From the NCBI GenBank assembly GCA_017860345.1, contig JAFNAV010000003.1:46106-110105 (forward strand): a DNA stretch of 64,000 nt, read 5' to 3'. Shown here one piece after another: positions 27,677-36,813 of this stretch. Within the stretch, counting starts at the first letter, position 1. Each line of letters starts with the position of its first letter. Source of the DNA: Bacteroidota bacterium (lineage in GTDB: Bacteria > Bacteroidota > Bacteroidia > Bacteroidales > Paludibacteraceae). A program made the translations under genes and the position numbers. The notes beneath the pieces were generated by a model. The model did not search any database. It saw only the letters and a list, made by a program, of their open reading frames with translations, and was not told the origin of the DNA.

Positions 27677-29404
27677 ATGGATAAAAAGATTGAAATGGAA
27701 GTAAAAACTACAGGTCACCCAAAGGGCTTGTATATCTTGTTTGCCACCGAGATGTGGGAGCGTTTTAATTATTACGGTATGCGGGCGGTTTTGGTTTTGT
27801 TTATGACTAAAGCCTTATTGTTCGACAAAGCCTTTGCATCCGGCTTGTATGGTAGTTTTACAAGTTTGGTGTACCTTACACCGCTTATAGGTGGTTTTAT
27901 AGCTGATAAATACTGGGGAAGTCAGCGCTCTATCATAGCCGGCGGGCTGGTTATGGCGTTGGGCGAGATACTGCTTTTCTTGTGCGGACATACTTATATG
28001 TCAATGCCGTCGGTTTCTACCATGTTGTTTTTTAGTGGTTTGGGTCTGATGATAGCGGGTAATGGTTTTTTTAAACCCAATATTTCGTCGTTGGTAGGGC
28101 AGCTTTATCCCAAAGGCGACAGGCGTGTCGACCCCGCATATACCATTTTCTATATGGGTATCAATGTGGGTGGTGCTTTGGGGCCATTTATTTGCGGACT
28201 TGTAGGCGATACCGGTAATCCTGCGGACTTTAAATGGGCTTTTCTGGCCGGGGCTGTGGGGATGCTTATCAGTGTGATTGTACAGATGGCTTTTGCAAAA
28301 CAATATGTGGTAGGTCCTGATAATAAGCCTCTGGGGAGCACTCCCGATGGTGTGCACCGTGCCTGGTCAAAACCAGTTCTGATGATTCTGGGGATGGCAT
28401 TATTTGCTACCTTGTCGATAGGGCTTTTGTATCTCGATGCACGCGTATTCAGCTATCTTCCCTACCTTTTGGTAACAGCAGCTATTGTAATATTTGGTGT
28501 GGTGATAACCGATAAAACACTTAGTAAAATAGAAAAGCAAAGAGTTGGAGTTATATTTATTGTAGCTTTTTTTGTGATATTTTTCTGGGGAGCTTTTGAG
28601 CAGGCCGGTGCATCGCTTACTTTCTTTGCCGATGAGCAAACCGACAGACGCTTAGGCTTGGTAATACCATCGTGGGCTGTTTACCTGTTTGCTGCAGCGG
28701 CATTTATTTTTGTTTTCAAGCTTTATCAACAAACTAAAAAATCGCTTTCGGCAAAAACCGATACCCGCTTGCGAAATACAGTATATGCTTTGTTGTCGGT
28801 AGCAGCGCTGGGGCTGGTTTATGGTGTAGTCACCCTTGTATCGTCGGGCAAATCCCATTTTGCTATGGATGAATTGCCGGCCAGCACCTTTCAATCCTTA
28901 AACTCGATTTTTGTGGTAAGTTTTGCGCCTGTTTTTGCCTGGTTTTGGCTGAAACTGGGTAAATACGAACCTTCGGCTCCTGCCAAAATGGCTATCGGGT
29001 TGTTTTTACTGGCTTTGGGCTATTTATGGATAGCATTCGGGGTGAAGGACGTAGCTCCGGGTATCAAAGTAAGTATGATTTGGCTGATAGGAATGTATGC
29101 GCTTCATACCTGGGGCGAACTTTCGCTGTCGCCGATAGGGCTTTCGCTGGTGAATAAATTATCGCCGCTCAAATTCTCGTCCTTGCTTATGGCTGTTTGG
29201 TTTTTGGCCAATGCTTTTGGTTATTATCTGGCAGGTACGCTGAGCTCACTGTATCCCGACAACAAATCTACATCGTTTCTTGGTTATACGATGAATAACT
29301 TGTACGACTTCTTTATGCTTTTTGTAGTGATGGCCGGGGTGGCTTCAGTGATACTGTTTGTCCTGTCCCGCAAGTTGCAGAAGCTTATGAACGGAATCAG
29401 GTAG
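27677..29404 (+). CDS. Proton-dependent oligopeptide transporter (POT/PTR, MFS)
   Basis: Motifs GHPKGL, EMWERFNYYGMR (ExxERFxYY), GNGFFKPNI, FYMGINVG, FEQAG and GELSLSPIGLS. Confidence 0.95.
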   Translation: MDKKIEMEVKTTGHPKGLYILFATEMWERFNYYGMRAVLVLFMTKALLFDKAFASGLYGSFTSLVYLTPLIGGFIADKYWGSQRSIIAGGLVMALGEILLFLCGHTYMSMPSVSTMLFFSGLGLMIAGNGFFKPNISSLVGQLYPKGDRRVDPAYTIFYMGINVGGALGPFICGLVGDTGNPADFKWAFLAGAVGMLISVIVQMAFAKQYVVGPDNKPLGSTPDGVHRAWSKPVLMILGMALFATLSIGLLYLDARVFSYLPYLLVTAAIVIFGVVITDKTLSKIEKQRVGVIFIVAFFVIFFWGAFEQAGASLTFFADEQTDRRLGLVIPSWAVYLFAAAAFIFVFKLYQQTKKSLSAKTDTRLRNTVYALLSVAALGLVYGVVTLVSSGKSHFAMDELPASTFQSLNSIFVVSFAPVFAWFWLKLGKYEPSAPAKMAIGLFLLALGYLWIAFGVKDVAPGIKVSMIWLIGMYALHTWGELSLSPIGLSLVNKLSPLKFSSLLMAVWFLANAFGYYLAGTLSSLYPDNKSTSFLGYTMNNLYDFFMLFVVMAGVASVILFVLSRKLQKLMNGIR

Positions 29405-29455
29405 GCAATCGTAAAAAAGAGACTGCCTCAAAAAGCTTTTTTGAGCGCTATACTA

Positions 29456-29498
29456 CAAAGCCGCTACGATACAAAGAAAATTGTTCGCAGCGGCTTTG
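29456..29498. terminator. Hairpin between convergent POT and PEGA genes
   Basis: caaagccgct...agcggctttg stem with further internal pairing, followed by gactttttt. Confidence 0.55.
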
Positions 29499-29541
29499 GA
29501 CTTTTTTAGCGGCTTCCGATAAGCCGGGACGGTGCAATTCT

Positions 29542-29976
29542 TTATAAGATGTTTTGGGTAAACACCTGTGGATTAAGAATTGAGAGCTCGTTTTCAAAAG
29601 CAGGCGTTTGAACGTTTTGCGATGTAGAAACCGGAACTAACTCATAGGTGTGAGAAGATTTGTATTGCATGGTCCATATAAACGGAAACAGAAAAAATAA
29701 TCCTCCAACAATAGCTCCCGGGTCAACCTTTTCGTTTCTTCTGAACGAGGTATACAGTGGCTCGTAGCCATCTTTCTTCAGGTCGACATTGACTACGCTA
29801 CCTATAACTCTGGTATCGCTGTATAAATAAGGTGTTGTGCCAACCGGTTCGCCGTTGATGTAGATTTTGGCTCCCGAAGGAATTGAATTTATTACTGTGG
29901 AGCTGGCACAAGAGGCAAAGAGTAATAACGCAGCCATAATAACGGCTGAGGATTTCATTAGGATTGATTTGTTCAT
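29542..29976 (-). CDS. PEGA-domain lipoprotein
   Basis: Lipobox FASC; INSIPSGAKIYINGEPVGTTP...LKKDGYE. Start at MNKSIL (29976) preferred. Confidence 0.8.
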   Translation of the reverse strand: MNKSILMKSSAVIMAALLLFASCASSTVINSIPSGAKIYINGEPVGTTPYLYSDTRVIGSVVNVDLKKDGYEPLYTSFRRNEKVDPGAIVGGLFFLFPFIWTMQYKSSHTYELVPVSTSQNVQTPAFENELSILNPQVFTQNIL

Positions 29977-30046
29977 GACATTGAAAAAAATTAGTTTGAA
30001 AAAATAGTTGTTTTTCATATGTCAAAAGCAAAAACAGTGCCATGAA

Positions 30047-30667
30047 TTATTCAATTTTACTAAATTTTTTATCTTTTTTATCGTAATTAAATACCTCGCC
30101 TGTTTCAATAATGTAATACCAACCCAGGATGTCGAGTTCACCATTCTCATATTTTTCGGCTATGTAAGGATATGTCAGCAAGTGGTTCATCTGTTCTACA
30201 ATGTTGAGCTGCTCGGTCATCCATTCTCTCACAGCCGGATCGGCAATCCGGAGTTTTATCATTTTTTCGCGTACGTTTTTGGCCAACTCCAGCCACTTGC
30301 GGGTATGAGGTATTTGTTGTGCACGTTCCTCGTCCATAAACAAGGCATTGCATCCGCCGCAGTTGGAGTGTCCGCATACCAGAATGGTAGAGATGTTCAG
30401 TACTTTTACGGCGTATTCAATGGCCGAGGTGGTGGCCAAAAATTCTTCCGATTTTCGGTATACAGGTACGATGTTGGCAATGTTGCGGATAACGAAAAGT
30501 TCGCCGGGTAAAGTCTTGGTAATCAGGTTGGGCACCACACGCGAATCGGAACAGCCTATAAACAAGGTGTGAGGTTCCTGGTTGCGCCCTATTTTTTCGA
30601 AAAGTTCCTGATGTTCGATGAAATCTCCTGAGTTAAATTCCTTAACTCCATCAAAAAGTGACTGCAT
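30047..30667 (-). CDS. Beta-class carbonic anhydrase
   Basis: IGCSDSRV, GELFVIRNIAN and CGHSNCGG zinc ligands. Start at MQSLFDG (30667). Confidence 0.95.
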   Translation of the reverse strand: MQSLFDGVKEFNSGDFIEHQELFEKIGRNQEPHTLFIGCSDSRVVPNLITKTLPGELFVIRNIANIVPVYRKSEEFLATTSAIEYAVKVLNISTILVCGHSNCGGCNALFMDEERAQQIPHTRKWLELAKNVREKMIKLRIADPAVREWMTEQLNIVEQMNHLLTYPYIAEKYENGELDILGWYYIIETGEVFNYDKKDKKFSKIE

Positions 30668-30729
30668 AAGCGTACAAATATATTTATCTGCTAAAACACA
30701 TGGGAACACCGATTGTTGAACAGCCGCAA

Positions 30730-31227
30730 CTATTTTTTTTGCTCAAGCTCTATTACTTCCAGATTTTGTATTTTACTTCCATCTATCTCAAAACGAACGA
30801 GAGTTTGCACTAAATGGAAGCCATATTTACCCGCTGCTCCGGGATTAATGTGCAGTAAGTTCAGATTTTTGTCATACTTCACCTTAAGGATGTGTGAGTG
30901 TCCGCAAACAAAAAGCCCCGGAGGTTGTTGGAATATGGCCGGCCTTACTAAAGGGTCGTATTTTCCGGGATAGCCCCCGATGTGAGTTAGCCATACCTTA
31001 ACGTCCTCGCATAAAAAACGATTATGCTGAGGTAGCAACCGGCGAATTTCATAGCTATCGATATTGCCCCAAACAGCTCTGAGAGGTTTAAAAGCCTGCA
31101 GTTGGTTTACGATATCTACGGAGCCAATGTCGCCGGCATGCCATACCTCATCGCACGAGGCAAAATGTTCAAATACTCTTGGGTCGAGCATGCCGTGTGT
31201 GTCTGATAATAAGCCGATGCGTTTCAT
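30730..31227 (-). CDS. YfcE-like metallophosphoesterase
   Basis: Motifs LSDTHG, HAGDIG, GNID, GHSH and NPGA. Confidence 0.92.
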   Translation of the reverse strand: MKRIGLLSDTHGMLDPRVFEHFASCDEVWHAGDIGSVDIVNQLQAFKPLRAVWGNIDSYEIRRLLPQHNRFLCEDVKVWLTHIGGYPGKYDPLVRPAIFQQPPGLFVCGHSHILKVKYDKNLNLLHINPGAAGKYGFHLVQTLVRFEIDGSKIQNLEVIELEQKK

Positions 31228-31414
31228 GTTTGTTGTGGTTTGCTATTGAGTACAAAAGTAAAAATACTTTACTGAAAAATATAATCTTACATTAAGTGTG
31301 AAATGTTTTTTAGTAAATATAATGATTATTTTAAAATATCCTAAAAAGTAGCGTAAAGAAATATTAAACACTAAATTTGTGCTTCATTTTTTTTGAAAAA
31401 ACAAGTAAAACCCC

Positions 31415-32005
31415 ATGAATACAAAACTTCAGGAATTAACGGATAAAATCTATCTCGAAGGTGTAGAAAAAGGTAATGCAGAGGCAAAAACCTTAGTTGA
31501 AAAAGCCGAAGAGCAGGCCGCAGCAATTGTTGCAAAAGCCAATGCCGAAGCATCAAAAATAATTGCCGACGCCGAAGCTAAATCCGCTGAACTTTCAAAA
31601 AACACACAATCCGAATTGCAACTATTTGCGCAGCAATCAGTGAATGCACTGAAGACTGAAATTACCAACCTGATTTGCGGAAGCCTTACGACCGACTCGG
31701 TAAAGGCTGCCTCTGCCGATAAAGCTTTTATGCAGGGAGTTATTCTGTCTCTTGTACAGCAATGGGCTTCAAATCAAAATGTTACGGTAAGCGCTAAAGA
31801 TGCGCAGGCTCTCACTGCGTATTTTGCTGCCAATGCAAAAGAATTGCTGAATAAAGGCGTAAAAATAACCGAAGCAAATGGAGTAAAAGCTGATTTTACC
31901 ATATCTCCTGAAAAAGACGGCTATAAAATAACTTTTGGTGATGATGAACTGATTGCTTATTTCAAAGAATTTCTTCGTCCGAAATTAGTTGAGATGCTTT
32001 TTTGA
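31415..32005 (+). CDS. ntpE: V-type ATP synthase subunit E
   Basis: KLQELTDKIYLEGVEKG followed by an Ala/Glu-rich coiled coil; first gene of the V-ATPase operon; promoter TAAATTTG at 31372-31379. Confidence 0.88.
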   Translation: MNTKLQELTDKIYLEGVEKGNAEAKTLVEKAEEQAAAIVAKANAEASKIIADAEAKSAELSKNTQSELQLFAQQSVNALKTEITNLICGSLTTDSVKAASADKAFMQGVILSLVQQWASNQNVTVSAKDAQALTAYFAANAKELLNKGVKITEANGVKADFTISPEKDGYKITFGDDELIAYFKEFLRPKLVEMLF

Positions 32006-32047
32006 TTTTAAAAACAGTCCCAGACTTACAGGAGAGGATCTTTTAAT

Positions 32048-32881
32048 ATGAACTATTATTGCCTTATCGCGGGCTTGCCCGATATCCAAGCTGAAGATAC
32101 AAAAACAAATGTGTCGCTCGCAAACCTCAAAACTGAGCTTAACGAGCAGCTTGCACCTGCCGACAAGCAATTGCTGGCTCTCATTTTTGCCCGGTACGAC
32201 AACACTAACCTGCTGGCTTACCTCAACAACAGGGATGCGGAGCTGAACTCTCTGGGTAACCTTACAGCCGATGACTGGACTGAGCTTACAGCGTTCATAC
32301 AGGAAACCGAGACCCCGGCCGATAGTCGTTTGCAACCTTACTTACATCAATTTTTTAAAGCCATAAACAGCGATAAATTTTCGCAGGAGAATAGCTCTCG
32401 CGAAGATTATCTTGCTGCGCTTTATTATGGTCAGGCTTTGCAGAGTAAAAATAAATTTATACACGACTGGTTTGAGTTTAATCTGAATATAAACAATATA
32501 CTCACAGGTGTGGCTTGTCGCAAGCATGGCTTTGATGTCAAATCGCTGGTGGTGGGTAGCAACGAGGTGGCTGTGGCTGTACGCCAGAGCAATGCCCGCG
32601 ATTTTGGACTCACCGGCACGTTTGCCGAGCTGGACACCATCCTGAAAATAGCCGAAGAGCAAAATTTGCTTGAGCGCGAGAAAAAAATTGATGCGCTGAA
32701 GTGGCAATGGCTCGAAGACAAAACGTTTTTCCACTATTTTTCTGTTGAGAGAATTTTGGCATTTGTGCTGAAGGTGCAGATGATAGAACGTTGGAAACTA
32801 CTGTCGGTAGAGAATGGATCGAGAATATTCCGCGCATTGCTGGCCGGGATGAAAGAGGGGGTTAAGTTTACAGCCATATGA
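32048..32881 (+). CDS. V-type ATPase subunit C-like protein (DUF2764 family)
   Basis: MNYYCLIAGLPD N-terminus, REKKIDALKW and HYFSVERILAF; positioned between subunits E and A. Confidence 0.8.
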   Translation: MNYYCLIAGLPDIQAEDTKTNVSLANLKTELNEQLAPADKQLLALIFARYDNTNLLAYLNNRDAELNSLGNLTADDWTELTAFIQETETPADSRLQPYLHQFFKAINSDKFSQENSSREDYLAALYYGQALQSKNKFIHDWFEFNLNINNILTGVACRKHGFDVKSLVVGSNEVAVAVRQSNARDFGLTGTFAELDTILKIAEEQNLLEREKKIDALKWQWLEDKTFFHYFSVERILAFVLKVQMIERWKLLSVENGSRIFRALLAGMKEGVKFTAI

Positions 32882-32962
32882 GGCGACATTAACTGAAAAT
32901 ATAAAAACAAAATAGATATGCCGGAATGCGCATATCAAACACATTGACACATTCATAAATTT

Positions 32963-34717
32963 ATGTCAACAAAAGGAAAAGTAAAAGGAATTATTTCCAA
33001 CCTGGTAACGGTGGAAGTAGACGGGCCGGTTGCTCAGAACGAAATTGCCTACATACATTTGGGCGCACAAAAACTTATGGCCGAAGTGCTTAAAGTGGTC
33101 GGAGATAAGGTTTTTGTTCAGGTGTTTGAGAGTACGCGTGGTATGAAAGTGGGTGATGAGGTAGAGTTCATGGGACATTTGCTCGAAGTTACTCTCGGTC
33201 CGGGATTGCTTTCGCGCAACTACGATGGCCTACAGAGCGACCTTGATAAACTGACAGGTATTTTTCTGCAACGCGGCGAGTATAATTTTCCGCTTGATAC
33301 CGAAAAGCTATGGGCGTTTCAACCTATTGCTAAAGCGGGCGATAAGGTAGAGTCGGGTTCGTGGCTTGGTCAGGTCGACGAGAACTATCAGCCTCACAAA
33401 ATTATGGTTCCTTTTGTTTTTGAAGGAACATACACCGTAAAAAGCGTAGTGCCCGAAGGTGAATATAAAATACTTGATACCATAGCAGTACTTACCGATG
33501 CCGATGGAAAGGACGTTGCAGTAACCATGGTACAAAAATGGCCGGTAAAAAAAGCCATTAATGTACATACCGAAAAACCACGTCCGTTCAAACTCCTCGA
33601 AACAGGTGTGCGCACTATTGATACCGCCAATCCTATTGTTGAGGGTGGTACCGGATTTATCCCCGGGCCATTCGGTACCGGAAAAACGGTGCTCCAGCAT
33701 GCCATTTCCAAACAGGCCGAAGCCGATATTGTAATTATTGCAGCCTGCGGTGAGCGTGCTAACGAGGTGGTAGAAATTTTTGTGGAATTCCCGGAACTGG
33801 AAGACCCGCATACTGGCCGTAAACTGATGGAACGTACCATCATTATTGCCAACACATCCAACATGCCGGTAGCATCGCGCGAAGCCTCGGTATATACGGC
33901 CATGACCATTTCGGAATACTACCGGGCTATGGGGCTTCGGGTGCTGATGATGGCCGATTCAACTTCGCGTTGGGCACAGGCGTTGCGCGAGATGTCCAAC
34001 CGTATGGAAGAACTTCCCGGACAGGATGCTTTCCCAATGGACTTGTCGGCAATTATAGCAACTTTCTACAGCCGTGCTGGATATGTGTATCTTAAAAACG
34101 GAAAAACCGGGTCGATCACCTTTATCGGGACTGTGTCGCCGGCTGGTGGTAACCTGAAAGAGCCGGTAACCGAAGGCACTAAAAAGGCGGCCCGTTGTTT
34201 CTTTGCCCTTGAGCAGGCTCGTGCCGACCGCAAGCGCTATCCGGCTGTTAATCCTATCGACAGTTATTCTAAATATATCGAATATCCCGAATTTGAGGAG
34301 TATATTGCTACCCGTATCTCGTCCGACTGGACAAAGAAAGTAAACGATATGAAGACCATACTTCAGCGTGGTAAAGAAGTTCAGGAGCAAATCAACATCC
34401 TTGGTGATGATGGAGTTCCGGTAGATTATCACGTAACTTTCTGGAAATCGGAAGTAATCGATTTTGTAATTCTGCAGCAAGATGCTTTTGATAAAATAGA
34501 CTCGGTAACTCCGTTGGAACGTCAGGAATTTATGTTGAATCTGGTTATGGACATTTGTCGTGCCGAGTTTGACTTCAACGGTTTTCTCGAAGTGATGGAT
34601 TACTTCAAGCGCATCATCAATGTTTGTAAACAGATGAATTATGCAGCATTCCAATCCGATGAATTTAAGAAATTCGGTGAAGAACTGAGCGATATTCTGT
34701 CGGAAAGAAGACAATAA
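32963..34717 (+). CDS. ntpA: V-type ATP synthase subunit A
   Basis: P-loop GPFGTGKT, CGERANE, ANTSNMPVASREAS and DSTSRWAQALRE. Confidence 0.97.
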   Translation: MSTKGKVKGIISNLVTVEVDGPVAQNEIAYIHLGAQKLMAEVLKVVGDKVFVQVFESTRGMKVGDEVEFMGHLLEVTLGPGLLSRNYDGLQSDLDKLTGIFLQRGEYNFPLDTEKLWAFQPIAKAGDKVESGSWLGQVDENYQPHKIMVPFVFEGTYTVKSVVPEGEYKILDTIAVLTDADGKDVAVTMVQKWPVKKAINVHTEKPRPFKLLETGVRTIDTANPIVEGGTGFIPGPFGTGKTVLQHAISKQAEADIVIIAACGERANEVVEIFVEFPELEDPHTGRKLMERTIIIANTSNMPVASREASVYTAMTISEYYRAMGLRVLMMADSTSRWAQALREMSNRMEELPGQDAFPMDLSAIIATFYSRAGYVYLKNGKTGSITFIGTVSPAGGNLKEPVTEGTKKAARCFFALEQARADRKRYPAVNPIDSYSKYIEYPEFEEYIATRISSDWTKKVNDMKTILQRGKEVQEQINILGDDGVPVDYHVTFWKSEVIDFVILQQDAFDKIDSVTPLERQEFMLNLVMDICRAEFDFNGFLEVMDYFKRIINVCKQMNYAAFQSDEFKKFGEELSDILSERRQ

Positions 34718-34742
34718 CAGATAACGAAACAACATTACATAA

Positions 34743-36059
34743 ATGGCAACAAAAGCATTTCAAAAAATTTACACCAAAATAACCCAAATAACCAAGGCAA
34801 CCTGTTCGCTGAATGCAACAGGGGTGGGTAATGAGGAGTTGGCCACTGTAAACGGCAAATTGGCACAGGTAGTGAAGATTATGGGCAATGAGGTTACCCT
34901 GCAGGTATTTGAGGGTACAGAAGGTATACCTACCAATGCCGAGGTGATTTTTCTGGGCAAAGCCCCTTCGCTTAAAGTAAGTGAGCAATTGGCCGGACGC
35001 TTTTTCAACTCTTTTGGAGACCCTATTGATGGTGGACCGGATGTAGAAGGCGAAGAGCGCGAAATCGGAGGGCCTTCGGTAAATCCTGTTCGCAGGAAAC
35101 AACCTTCGGAACTTATAGCTACAGGTATTGCCGGTATCGATTTGAATAATACCCTGGTGACGGGGCAGAAAATTCCTTTCTTTGCCGACCCTGACCAGCC
35201 TTATAATCAGGTTATGGCTAATGTGGCATTGCGTGCTCAGACCGACAAAATTATATTGGGCGGTATGGGACTCACCAACGACGATTATCTATACTTCAAA
35301 AACGTATTTAGCAATGCCGGAGTGCTGGATCGTATTGTGAGCTTTGTGAATACAACTGAAAATCCTCCGGTTGAACGTCTTCTGATTCCGGATATGGCGC
35401 TCGCTGCGGCAGAGTATTTTGCGGTTGATAAAAACGAGAAAGTGCTTGTATTGCTTACCGATATGACTTCTTATGCCGATGCTTTGGCTATTGTATCCAA
35501 CCGTATGGATCAGATTCCGTCCAAAGACTCAATGCCGGGATCGCTGTATTCCGATTTAGCCAAGATATACGAAAAAGCAGTGCAGTTCCCTGCGGGAGGT
35601 TCTATCACCATTATAGCGGTTACTACGCTTTCGGGAGGCGATATTACGCATGCCATTCCCGATAATACAGGATATATCACCGAAGGGCAGCTGTTTTTGC
35701 GCCGCGATTCTGATGTGGGTAAGGTTATTGTTGACCCATTCCGCTCCCTGTCGCGTCTTAAGCAGTTGGTTATTGGTAAAAAAACACGCGCCGATCATCC
35801 GCAGGTGATGAATGCTGCGGTGCGGCTTTTTGCCGATGCGGCCAATGCTAAAACCAAACTCGAAAACGGTTTCGACCTCACCGATTACGATGAGCGTACA
35901 CTGGCTTTTGCTAAGGATTATTCAGAAAAACTATTAGCTATCGATGTAAATATCGATACTGTAGCTATGCTGGATACTACCTGGGGCTTGTTAAGCAACC
36001 ACTTTAAACCGGCAGAGGTAAATATCAAAAAAGAATTTGTAGATCAATTCTGGAAATAG
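34743..36059 (+). CDS. ntpB: V-type ATP synthase subunit B
   Basis: Motifs QVFEGTEG, LVTGQKIPFF, TDMTSYADAL, PDNTGYITEGQ and SLSRL. Confidence 0.97.
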   Translation: MATKAFQKIYTKITQITKATCSLNATGVGNEELATVNGKLAQVVKIMGNEVTLQVFEGTEGIPTNAEVIFLGKAPSLKVSEQLAGRFFNSFGDPIDGGPDVEGEEREIGGPSVNPVRRKQPSELIATGIAGIDLNNTLVTGQKIPFFADPDQPYNQVMANVALRAQTDKIILGGMGLTNDDYLYFKNVFSNAGVLDRIVSFVNTTENPPVERLLIPDMALAAAEYFAVDKNEKVLVLLTDMTSYADALAIVSNRMDQIPSKDSMPGSLYSDLAKIYEKAVQFPAGGSITIIAVTTLSGGDITHAIPDNTGYITEGQLFLRRDSDVGKVIVDPFRSLSRLKQLVIGKKTRADHPQVMNAAVRLFADAANAKTKLENGFDLTDYDERTLAFAKDYSEKLLAIDVNIDTVAMLDTTWGLLSNHFKPAEVNIKKEFVDQFWK

Positions 36060-36207
36060 AAATAGTCGCTTGAAATCCTCGTTGAATCGGTTTTTTATTG
36101 TTAGGGGATATTCAATTCGCTGCTATGCCGGACGTTACTTAACACAGATTTATAAAAGATTTTAAAAAGAGGTCTTTATTTTTTCAATAAAGAAAGACTA
36201 TAAAAAT

Positions 36208-36813
36208 ATGGCAATACAGTTTCAATATAACAAAACATCGCTTCAGGTGCTTGAGAAAAACCTCAAGATGCGTGTGCGCGCTCTTCCTACCATCAAAAAT
36301 AAAGAGAGTGCTCTGCGTGTGGAGGTTAAAAGAGCTAAGGATGAAATCATCGGGCTGGAACAGGAACAGGAACGGCGTATTGTTGCTTATGATAAGATGC
36401 TGGCTTTGTGGGGCGAGTTTGATACCGGTTTGCTTCGTGTTGATGATGTAAAGATGGGTGTGAAAAAAATAGCCGGGGTGCGTATTCCCGTTTTGGAAGA
36501 GGTGCTTTATACCACAAAACCATACAGCCTTTTTAATTCCCCACAGTGGTTTGCCGATGGGCTTACGCAGCTGAAAGAGCTTGCCCAGGTAGGAATTGAG
36601 CGGGAGTTTTGTGCTGAAAAGTTGAACTTGCTGGAATTTGCCCGAAAAAAAACCACGCAGAAAGTGAATCTTTTTGAAAAAGTGCAAATTCCGGGTTACG
36701 AAGATGCTATCCGCAAAATCAAACGATTTATGGAAGACGAGGAAAACCTTTCTAAATCGTCGCAGAAAATTGTAAAATCGCGTCAGCAACAATTGAAGGA
36801 GGCAGAACTATGA
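36208..36813 (+). CDS. ntpD: V-type ATP synthase subunit D
   Basis: LPTIKNKESALR and KKTTQKVNLFEKVQIP. Confidence 0.93.
   Translation: MAIQFQYNKTSLQVLEKNLKMRVRALPTIKNKESALRVEVKRAKDEIIGLEQEQERRIVAYDKMLALWGEFDTGLLRVDDVKMGVKKIAGVRIPVLEEVLYTTKPYSLFNSPQWFADGLTQLKELAQVGIEREFCAEKLNLLEFARKKTTQKVNLFEKVQIPGYEDAIRKIKRFMEDEENLSKSSQKIVKSRQQQLKEAEL

Noticed and set aside
33308-36792. Long antisense ORFs (145-258 aa) opposite the V-ATPase A/B/D genes
   Set aside because: Typical shadows of strongly codon-biased genes; no protein motifs.
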